Part shown: positions 1-7,580 of the stretch, piece by piece
Position numbering within the stretch: the stretch's first letter is position 1
Layout of the letters: every line of letters starts with the position of its first letter
Assembly (NCBI GenBank): GCA_034111105.1
Contig: JAWUXY010000119.1
Span: 1-32,000 of the forward strand
Direction: 5' to 3'
Origin: Bermanella sp.
Lineage (GTDB): Bacteria > Pseudomonadota > Gammaproteobacteria > Pseudomonadales > Oceanobacteraceae
DNA: 32,000 bases
The notes under the pieces: generated by a model
Databases searched by the model: none
Told to the model about the DNA's origin: nothing
What the model saw: the letters and a program-made list of their open reading frames with translations, nothing else
Translations under genes and position numbers: made by a program

Positions 1-105
1 CTTAATGTTGCCGCAGGACGCTGGAGCTTTATGCTAACGATTAACAACCCACTGCAAGAAGGCGAAAACGCAGGTCATTTAATTATTCAAGACTGTACCC
101 AATAA
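1..105 (+). CDS. 3' end of an unidentified CDS (partial, continues left of the window)
   Basis: Frame 1 is open from base 1 to TAA at 103-105 (LNVAAGRWSFMLTINNPLQEGENAGHLIIQDCTQ*). A strong hairpin plus T-run follows 23 nt later. The fragment is too short to name a product. Confidence 0.4.
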   Translation, partial: LNVAAGRWSFMLTINNPLQEGENAGHLIIQDCTQ

Positions 106-127
106 ATTTTAATTATTGTGAGTGTTT

Positions 128-171
128 AGCCGCTATTAAAATATTGTATTTTGATAGTGGCTCTTTTTATT
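128..171 (+). terminator. Rho-independent terminator for the left-edge plus-strand gene
   Basis: agccgctattaaaat (128-142) pairs with attttgatagtggct (148-162), giving about 15 bp with two G-U pairs and a 5-nt loop. It is followed by cTTTTTaTT (163-171). Confidence 0.6.
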
Positions 172-565
172 GCAGCAATAAATCATGCCCCACAAGCAAA
201 TACTCTACCCTCCTATTTCCCGTCCTCTCACTAAAAAACCACATAAACCATTATTCTTACTAATACCCATTGCATGGCATATATCCCATGTTTTACAGAC
301 CAGAAAAATTAACACTCAACACTCCCATTTAAAATAGAAAAATAGGCGAATAAACCCATGTATTTTAAATCGACAGCTTATATGAAAATAGTCAGTCAAC
401 TATTATGCAATGTCAGATAAAATAGATATTAAACAGATGAAATAGCGTATTGCGTTATGTAGGGTATTTAGGATAAGAGCTAATGATTTTCACGCAAAAT
501 ACAATCATTACCTGTATTACACAGTCAGAAAGAAAGGGAAGAAAAAAGACAAGAAAAACCCAAAT

Positions 566-600
566 AAAAAAGAGGAGCAAGCTCCTCTTTTTTATTTTTT
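566..600 (-). terminator. Bidirectional-type rho-independent terminator downstream of the large amylase gene
   Basis: aaaaaagaggag (566-577) pairs with ctcctctttttt (582-593) around loop caag. A-tracts and T-tracts flank both sides. It lies 37 nt past the stop at 630-632. Confidence 0.7.
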
Positions 601-629
601 ACATTTATTTAAAGGAAATGATTAACTGA

Positions 630-3600
630 TCATTCCGATATTAATATCACACCATTACTATGCGCATTAAACGTAACAGTCCCACCATTAACCACAGCCG
701 TATTGCCCGTATACGCATCCGGTAGTACCGTGCCACTACTAAACAAGCCCCCTGTATTAATCGTGGTTGCTCCATTAGCGTCCATCACCACTATCACTTT
801 ATCATTATCTTTAACACGGCTAAACGTATAAGGAGACGATTGGATTTGCTGATGAGAGCCTGCACCAATTGCTATATGATTAGCACGAAACGTACCCAGT
901 TTTTGCCAATGGGCAAGGAGACCTTCAGACACCGAATCCCAGTTCATATCTGAACGAGTCGGCTCATCCCAGTGCCAGTTATTGCCTTCTTGGCGTCCAG
1001 TTTCATCGCCATAAAAGATTTGTACACCACCTGGTGACATTAACAATGCATTACCCGCAAACATTAGGTTTACGCGATTGTACAACGCAGTATCATGGCT
1101 TGATATGTAACTTAGGGCATTAAAACTTGCATCGTTATTAATGGCTCCTGCATAGCTAGCATAAATTTTCTCTAAACTGGCCGTGTTTGTTGCATCATTT
1201 TGAAAGCAAAAATTAATAATAGAATCAAAACCATTATCAAAGTATTCACTTCTGCCAACACAATGAGCCCAGACTTCACCCGTCATCCAAAAGTCTAACG
1301 TCTGACCATCCGCTTGCGCCGCTGGGTTAACAGCCTGCCATTCTTTTAGCGCAGCGTTTGCCTGAATTTTCAACTCCTTCCAAACACTTAGGGGCACATG
1401 CTTAGCGGTGTCAACACGAAAACCATCTACGCCATACTCTCGCACCCAATCTGTCATCCATTTAATAAGATAATTCGCTGGCGTACGCATTAACCCTGTG
1501 TTGTTAAAAAACGTATTTAATTCAGTATTTTCTTGATTGAGGCGGCCTTCGTTTGTCCACTTGCGCTGCAATAACGGTGGTAAACCCACAGTATTATTAG
1601 CGTCGTTTTTAAAATCAGGCAAGCCAGCTAAACACATGGTAATGTCATTACCGCCATCGCAGTTTTCATAACCTGCCACGCCGCTTAAACGCATCCATTC
1701 ACTGCCCCACCAATTACGCCATGCACCTGCATCTCCTTTGTTTAAATAATTATTAAACGATGAAACATTTAGCCCCTCAGGGTTATTAGTGAAATACTCG
1801 TTTTGCCAACCTGATGCTGGCGAGCCAAAGCCTTGTTCGTTCATGTCGTACAAGGTTTCATAACCGGAATGATTCAAAACCACATCAAACACAATACGTA
1901 TGCCTTTACTATGAGCCGTATCAATAAACGTTTTTAGTTCATCTGACGTACCATAGTTGGCATCCACATTGGTAGGGTCCAGAAAATAGTAACCGTGATA
2001 GCCATAATGTTTGAATTGCTCGCCCGCCACATAACCATGGATTTGCTCAATAGGAGCAGAAATCCAAATGGCATTGACACCCAAATTAGTAAAATAACCT
2101 TCGTTGATTTTTTGAGTAAGGCCAGTTAAGTCTCCACCATGAAACGTACCTTCATCGGATTGTGAACCATTATAAACATTACCATTTTGATCTTTATTGC
2201 GACCATATTGGTTATCGTTACTGGTATCGCCATTTAAGAAGCGATCCGTTAATGTAAAATAAACCGTCGCGTTGTCCCAAGAGAACTGTGCTACTGGCGT
2301 TGGTTCGATTTTAGTATACGAATAACTCATGACGACGGATGTCGTGCCATCAGTTGCCCACACATTTAACGTCACACTGTCACCGACAGATAAATTCTCA
2401 CCAATGGTTATCACCTTACCAGTATTAAAGTCTTGGCCTAATGATGGGTCATCACTACCAAAGCTGTACTTGCCTGTGGTGACCGACTCGCCTGACGCTT
2501 GTAAAGTCACACTGATCCCATCTGTACTAAAGTTACTACTGCCAGGTAACGCGATAACTTCAAGCGCTTGTAACGGTACATCACAGTTATCGGTCCACGC
2601 CGCGCTCTCCATGAAAAAACAACCATCTTGCGAACGATTAAGATCAATCGTTTTATCACTGCCTGCATTATTAAAAATAATATTTGAAGAGTCTGCCGTC
2701 TTAAACGTATATTTAAACCAACCCTCACCTAAATGAGTCATCACATCGCCAGGCCACGGGGAATCCGCTTCAGAATTTTCTGGTAATGCATTCCAATGAT
2801 GAATTCTGGCATCCCAATCGGACCATGCTTTCAAATAAACCGAAAAGCCATCATTGTCATTGATCATTTTTGTGTAGGTATATATTTGTGTATCACTGCC
2901 TGCGTCATTGGCGGCGTACACTTGCAAGTCTTGGCTTGCGCCATTAGCTAATGCATCACCTAAGGTGATCACATCCCCATTATTAAAATCAATGCCTTGC
3001 GTCATAACATCGCCACTGCCAATCAAGTACTTAAGCGTTGTTAATGCATTGCCATCGACATTAAGGGCTATCGATAAACTGTTTGAATTAAAAGTAGTGC
3101 TAGATGGCATAACCATTATTTCAGGCACAACCGGATCAAGCATACAGTTGTTAGTCCAACCTAAATTAATATCGTAACAACCACTGCTATTACGGTTTAG
3201 GTCTACTGTTTTATTGCCATTGCAATCCATAAAAATAACATTAGCAGACGTCGCGCCCACCACATCAATAGAATAAAAACCGTTTATTTCGTTTAATTGT
3301 TCGGTGCACCATTGCGTATCGTTCATGGTACCCGCAGGTAATACATCCCAAACATGAACAAACACATTAGGCCAGTTGGCTGGCTTTTTAAACTTCAGCG
3401 TTAATACATCCGCTTGCGTCACCACCACAGCCGCACTACTGGATTTAGTCTCAAAACTTGCGTTGATAACGGTGCTGCCCTGCGCAACCCCTAATATGGC
3501 ACTGCCCGTTATAGATGCCACCTGCTGATTACTTGTGGTCAGTATTGCATCGCTTGTTACATCGAATTTACGGCCATTAGTGTAATGTGCTTCAACGCTG

Positions 3601-4265
3601 ATATTTTGGCTACTGCCCACCGTTAACGACACATTGGATGGCATGACTGTGATGCTGCTTAGAATTTTATCCGTGTCATCTACAACCTGTGTGACCATTT
3701 TTGTTACTGGGTCAAATCGAATAATATACGTGAGGTTATCATCAATGATGCGATCATCACTTGGGTATGATTCGCTCCAATGACCATTATCAATTCGATA
3801 ACGAGCACTGCTGTCTTCACCAGAAAACGTCTGGGTGCTGACGTAAACACCATTAACCTCGTCCCATGTCATTTCGCTGGCGGCCCAATTATTAGGCGTG
3901 CCTCTGAAATACCATTTCGCAATACTCTGTTCATCGCAATCAGCCACGTTTTGCACGTTAATATCATGAGTGCTTACATTAAAGTTGATTTGATAGCTGG
4001 CATGATCAACCACCACCCTATTACTACTAGGGTAACTTTCGCTCCAATCCCCTGTGCGATCTATTTTAAAAGATGCAACACTGCCTTCACCAGAAAAGGT
4101 TTGGCAAACACTGAGCACATTTGAATCGGTTGTAGTAGACAGCGCTAGCATTTGCCAACCATTGCTGGAACCCCGATAAAACCATTCTGCGCAAGCGCTT
4201 GACGATATCGTTAACAATATCATCAAAAATGCCAGAGATTGGCTGGATTTATTCATAAAAAACAT
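630..4265 (-). CDS. Secreted multi-domain GH13 alpha-amylase. Order: signal peptide, 2 tandem ~85-aa putative CBMs, a Big_2-like Ig domain, 2 x (starch-binding-like module + Ig-like module), then the GH13 catalytic and C-terminal domains.
   Basis: Signal peptide is MFFMNKSSQSLAFLMILLTISSSACA. GH13 conserved regions are present: FDVVLNHSG, GVDGFRVDTAKHV, MTGEVWAH and YISSHDT. Internal repeats are visible in the protein at aa 27-112/116-195 and aa 287-466/473-652. The start codon is ATG, preceded by tAGGAGa. Confidence 0.9.
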   Translation of the reverse strand: MFFMNKSSQSLAFLMILLTISSSACAEWFYRGSSNGWQMLALSTTTDSNVLSVCQTFSGEGSVASFKIDRTGDWSESYPSSNRVVVDHASYQINFNVSTHDINVQNVADCDEQSIAKWYFRGTPNNWAASEMTWDEVNGVYVSTQTFSGEDSSARYRIDNGHWSESYPSDDRIIDDNLTYIIRFDPVTKMVTQVVDDTDKILSSITVMPSNVSLTVGSSQNISVEAHYTNGRKFDVTSDAILTTSNQQVASITGSAILGVAQGSTVINASFETKSSSAAVVVTQADVLTLKFKKPANWPNVFVHVWDVLPAGTMNDTQWCTEQLNEINGFYSIDVVGATSANVIFMDCNGNKTVDLNRNSSGCYDINLGWTNNCMLDPVVPEIMVMPSSTTFNSNSLSIALNVDGNALTTLKYLIGSGDVMTQGIDFNNGDVITLGDALANGASQDLQVYAANDAGSDTQIYTYTKMINDNDGFSVYLKAWSDWDARIHHWNALPENSEADSPWPGDVMTHLGEGWFKYTFKTADSSNIIFNNAGSDKTIDLNRSQDGCFFMESAAWTDNCDVPLQALEVIALPGSSNFSTDGISVTLQASGESVTTGKYSFGSDDPSLGQDFNTGKVITIGENLSVGDSVTLNVWATDGTTSVVMSYSYTKIEPTPVAQFSWDNATVYFTLTDRFLNGDTSNDNQYGRNKDQNGNVYNGSQSDEGTFHGGDLTGLTQKINEGYFTNLGVNAIWISAPIEQIHGYVAGEQFKHYGYHGYYFLDPTNVDANYGTSDELKTFIDTAHSKGIRIVFDVVLNHSGYETLYDMNEQGFGSPASGWQNEYFTNNPEGLNVSSFNNYLNKGDAGAWRNWWGSEWMRLSGVAGYENCDGGNDITMCLAGLPDFKNDANNTVGLPPLLQRKWTNEGRLNQENTELNTFFNNTGLMRTPANYLIKWMTDWVREYGVDGFRVDTAKHVPLSVWKELKIQANAALKEWQAVNPAAQADGQTLDFWMTGEVWAHCVGRSEYFDNGFDSIINFCFQNDATNTASLEKIYASYAGAINNDASFNALSYISSHDTALYNRVNLMFAGNALLMSPGGVQIFYGDETGRQEGNNWHWDEPTRSDMNWDSVSEGLLAHWQKLGTFRANHIAIGAGSHQQIQSSPYTFSRVKDNDKVIVVMDANGATTINTGGLFSSGTVLPDAYTGNTAVVNGGTVTFNAHSNGVILISE

Positions 4266-4280
4266 AGTTGTTTTCTCCTA

Positions 4281-4295
4281 ATTATTTTTATTTTA
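4281..4295 (-). promoter_or_regulatory. A/T-rich 15-mer TAAAATAAAAATAAT (mRNA sense), exactly 15 nt upstream of the amylase ATG. Function unknown; possibly a translational enhancer or a -10-like element.
   Basis: The identical 15-mer occurs at 29541-29555 with the same 15-nt spacing. 14/15 copies occur at 10732-10746 and 26793-26807. Confidence 0.4.
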
Positions 4296-4655
4296 ACTTT
4301 TCACAAAAAAACAAGGGACGTCGTTCATTCAATATAAACACTTACTAATAGCGCATTAAGATATTCTCTCAGGTATCCTAAAAGTCGAGCCAAACAAGAG
4401 CGTTACTTACCTTTTAAACGGGTCTATTTCTACCTAATTGAATAACAACATACACACTTCATCAAAGTGAACGCGTCGCAAAAATTTAACAATATGAAAT
4501 TATTTTTTCGTCATCGGACTTCCTTATATTAGATTTTTGTTAACAGGCTTAAGCCAGCACATTGAATAATAAAACAAATATCTTTTATTATTTTTGCCAT
4601 CATATTTTTTATGACCAAAAAAAAACGCCATTTTATTTATTGCCTTCATAAAAAA

Positions 4656-4669
4656 TGTAATCGATTTCA
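4656..4669. promoter_or_regulatory. LacI/GalR-family-type operator TGTAATCGATTTCA (also readable as a CRP-like TGTAA-N6-TCACA over 4656-4671)
   Basis: It matches all 10 fixed positions of TGnAAnCGnTTnCA. It lies in the 630-bp gap upstream of the amylase gene and is one of four such sites in the window. Confidence 0.6.
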
Positions 4670-4726
4670 CAATAGTCATGTAACAGCGTTACAGCAAGGG
4701 TAAAAATAGGGTATTTACGGTCAATA

Positions 4727-4766
4727 TCGGTAATATTTATGACATTATTGTCGGTAATAATTATGT
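4727..4766. repeat. Direct repeat tcggtaataTttatg / tcggtaataAttatg (14/15 identical, 24-bp period) in the amylase upstream region
   Basis: Copies at 4727-4741 and 4751-4765 were read directly from the sequence. Function is unknown. Confidence 0.5.
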
Positions 4767-4895
4767 TTGGCTGGTTTTATCGAAAAGGGAATACTGCTGA
4801 TTTAGGAAAGAACGGGGGATCAATAAAAAACAACATCCGTCAGCCCATCAAATGAAATTCAACAGGCTATTTATTAAATAAAGTGTTTAAATTTG

Positions 4896-5726
4896 CTACT
4901 CATTAACGGTTATTTTAGGCGACTTTAAGGTGTTTAAATTCGATAAATCTTCTAACTCTCGCACCATTAAACCGCCAAAATATACAATCGAAAATGGTGC
5001 TTTTGCATTTAAGGGGTTACAGATCTTTTTTTCAATAAACGTCCAATGTCGCTTTATTTTCGCATAAGATGCCGAATCGTGCTTAACTTGGGCCATATCT
5101 AATAACTTATGACGTACTTCATCACATGCTCGCGCAATAAACGCTTCTGAAAATAATTCAGACCGAGACGAGGCGAGTGCTCGCTCTGCATGCATCTCTA
5201 TAGATGCCATAACAATATCAATAACTTCAAAAGCGTTTGAGGTGCTTGCATCCATTTTTTGTATTGATGTTGATGTCGAAATTGCCCTATCGATCTTTTG
5301 CACTACATCAAAATAGATCTCATATCCTTTAGAGGTGGTAGCTGTGCCGGAGCTTTGGAAATACTGAATGGTTGGCATGCTTGATGACTGAGAAAACGCG
5401 TTCACGCTTGCCATTAACTCAACACCCAGCATACTTTCTATTTGTTTAGATTTAATTAACTGCTGAGTTAACGTTAAAACATGATCAAGATTCAACACCA
5501 TTTGATCATGAGCGCGTAAGTCGTGATCGACAATTAATGAATATGCATAAGTATTACGTACTTTAATCTTTAATTTTTGTAATTGATAGACAACCTCTAA
5601 TGAGTTTTTTTCGTATGAAAGACTACTATTAGCAGCCAAAAAAAAGCCAAAAATAAGAATAGTTTTCGCCGTCATTAACACACTTAAACGAATATATGAT
5701 CGTATTATTATTGAAAAACACTGCAC
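4896..5726 (-). CDS. Hypothetical secreted or membrane-anchored protein with no recognisable family
   Basis: 276-codon ORF. The GTG start at 5726 is preceded by GAGGAA with a 6-nt spacing. The N-terminus has basic residues followed by a hydrophobic stretch (TILIFGFFLAA). The alternative ATG at 5675 lacks an RBS. Confidence 0.5.
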   Translation of the reverse strand: MQCFSIIIRSYIRLSVLMTAKTILIFGFFLAANSSLSYEKNSLEVVYQLQKLKIKVRNTYAYSLIVDHDLRAHDQMVLNLDHVLTLTQQLIKSKQIESMLGVELMASVNAFSQSSSMPTIQYFQSSGTATTSKGYEIYFDVVQKIDRAISTSTSIQKMDASTSNAFEVIDIVMASIEMHAERALASSRSELFSEAFIARACDEVRHKLLDMAQVKHDSASYAKIKRHWTFIEKKICNPLNAKAPFSIVYFGGLMVRELEDLSNLNTLKSPKITVNE

Positions 5727-5885
5727 TTTGGCTTCCTCATTTTATTTTTATAATTTTCTAAAGGATTCTATCTATTTTTAATCATATATATCCGTACCAC
5801 TTAACAATAAAATTTTTTATTATTCATACACATTCGTAAAAAAACGGGTCTTTCATCATTAAATGGCTTTCTGCTTATGCATTAA

Positions 5886-7571
5886 TTAAAGTAACAAATG
5901 CCTTATATCGTTTAAGAGATTTGAAATATAAACCGTAAATCTTGCAGCTTCTGCACCATCAACCACTCGATGATCATACGTTAACGATAATGGCAGCATT
6001 AACCTTGGTAAAAAGGTTTGACTATTATAATCGTAAACCGGCTTCATACTTGAGCGAGATAATCCAAGAATGGCCACTTCAGGCGCATTCACAATCGGTG
6101 TAAATTGTGTCCCGCCAATCCCCCCTAAACTCGAAATACTAAAACAGCCCCCTTGCATGGCATCTAGTGGCAGTTTTTTCTCTCTGGCTGCTTTTGCAAG
6201 ATGAGCCGCTTCTTGGGCGATATCAACTACGGTTTTATGATTCACATTTTTAATCACAGGCACCATTAACCCTTGCGGAGTTTCAACTGCGATACCAATG
6301 TTAATGAATTTTTTAATAATCAATATTTTTCCATCAGGATCAATCGATGAATTAAATTGTGGGAATTTTTCTAATGCCTTCGCCACCGCTTTCACCACAA
6401 AAGCCAGCATTGTCACCTTGAAATCAATTTGTTTAGGTAACACTTCACGCCTGTAGTGTTCAAGATCCGTGATATCGGTTTCATCAAATTGCGTCACCAT
6501 CGGAATATGGCGCCAACTTCGACTCATGTTGCGCGCGGTGGCCTGCTTGATACGGTTTAGTGGTTGCTTTTCAATTGGACCGAACTGGCTAAAGTCGATG
6601 ACAGGCATTTTGTCTGCTTCAACCATCGCCGTTGCAGGTGTATTCAGTATTTCTTTAACATACGCTTTGATATCGTCTTTAGAGATACGCCCTTTGGATG
6701 ATGTCCCTTTAATCGCTTGTAACGATACCCCTATTTCTCGCGCTAAGCGGCGTACAGCAGGCCCTGCGTACACCGTTGTTTCGGTGTTTTCATTGGCATC
6801 ATTTACTGATGGCGTCGCTGGGTTTTGACGCGCGACTGCTAGCTCACTAGGCTCTGGGTTTTTCATGCTCAATGGCGTTAACGAGGATTCTGCCGCCGTG
6901 CTCTGATCGTGTGCAGGCTTTGTATCATGTGAAGATACGTGCGCGCCCATGGCCTGATCAAAGGTAGATTCAATGACCCCGATGACAGCACCTGTTTTAA
7001 CCTCATCCCCTTCGTTAATATCGAGACGCTTTAATGTACCTGAATACTGCGCTGGTATTTCCATCGTGCTTTTGTCGGACTCTAGCACGAGCATGGTTTC
7101 ATCTTTGGTGAGTGCATCACCTACCTTCACACTCACTTCAATAACCAATACACTGCCATCTGTCCCTAAGTCAGGCATCAAAACAGTTTGATCTTGTTGT
7201 TCTGATAACTGGGCACATGCTTTTTCAGCGACTAATAACGCTTGCTGTGCAAAGTTTTCGCCCTCTACACGATTCGCCGCACCGCTATCTTGGCTTACCT
7301 CAAGCATACTATGTGATTGGTCTGTGCTTAAACTGTCTTGTAACAGTTTCATCATTGGTGAGCCCGTCGCTACTTTATCGCCTACATTTAAAAGCAGTTC
7401 TTTGATCTGCCCTGCTCTAGGTGAAGGGATGTCCATGGTGGTTTTATCCGACTCAAGAACAATCATCGTTTGATCTTGTGTGACCTCTTCACCTACTTCT
7501 ACACTCACCTCAATTACTTCAACCTCTTCAGAGGCACCAATATCTGGAATATAAATCGTTTCAGAACTCAT
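5886..7571 (-). CDS. aceF: Dihydrolipoamide acetyltransferase, the E2 component of pyruvate dehydrogenase (two lipoyl domains)
   Basis: It has two lipoyl domains with the LESDK motif, a peripheral-subunit-binding motif (AGPAVRRLAREIGV) and a catalytic domain with DHRVVDGA. The RBS is AGGAG. It sits 9 nt after the aceE stop. Confidence 0.93.
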   Translation of the reverse strand: MSSETIYIPDIGASEEVEVIEVSVEVGEEVTQDQTMIVLESDKTTMDIPSPRAGQIKELLLNVGDKVATGSPMMKLLQDSLSTDQSHSMLEVSQDSGAANRVEGENFAQQALLVAEKACAQLSEQQDQTVLMPDLGTDGSVLVIEVSVKVGDALTKDETMLVLESDKSTMEIPAQYSGTLKRLDINEGDEVKTGAVIGVIESTFDQAMGAHVSSHDTKPAHDQSTAAESSLTPLSMKNPEPSELAVARQNPATPSVNDANENTETTVYAGPAVRRLAREIGVSLQAIKGTSSKGRISKDDIKAYVKEILNTPATAMVEADKMPVIDFSQFGPIEKQPLNRIKQATARNMSRSWRHIPMVTQFDETDITDLEHYRREVLPKQIDFKVTMLAFVVKAVAKALEKFPQFNSSIDPDGKILIIKKFINIGIAVETPQGLMVPVIKNVNHKTVVDIAQEAAHLAKAAREKKLPLDAMQGGCFSISSLGGIGGTQFTPIVNAPEVAILGLSRSSMKPVYDYNSQTFLPRLMLPLSLTYDHRVVDGAEAARFTVYISNLLNDIRHLLL

Positions 7572-7580
7572 GGTTAACTC

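Noticed and set aside
460-470. An 11-mer tagggtattta shared between 460-470 and 4707-4717
   Set aside because: Many exact 11-mer repeats are expected by chance in 32 kb of AT-rich sequence, and there is no supporting context.
481-510. An AT-rich inverted repeat, taatgatt ... aatcatta
   Set aside because: The 8-bp all-weak stem with a 14-nt loop lies in AT-rich non-coding DNA. It is indistinguishable from chance and has no adjacent gene to serve.
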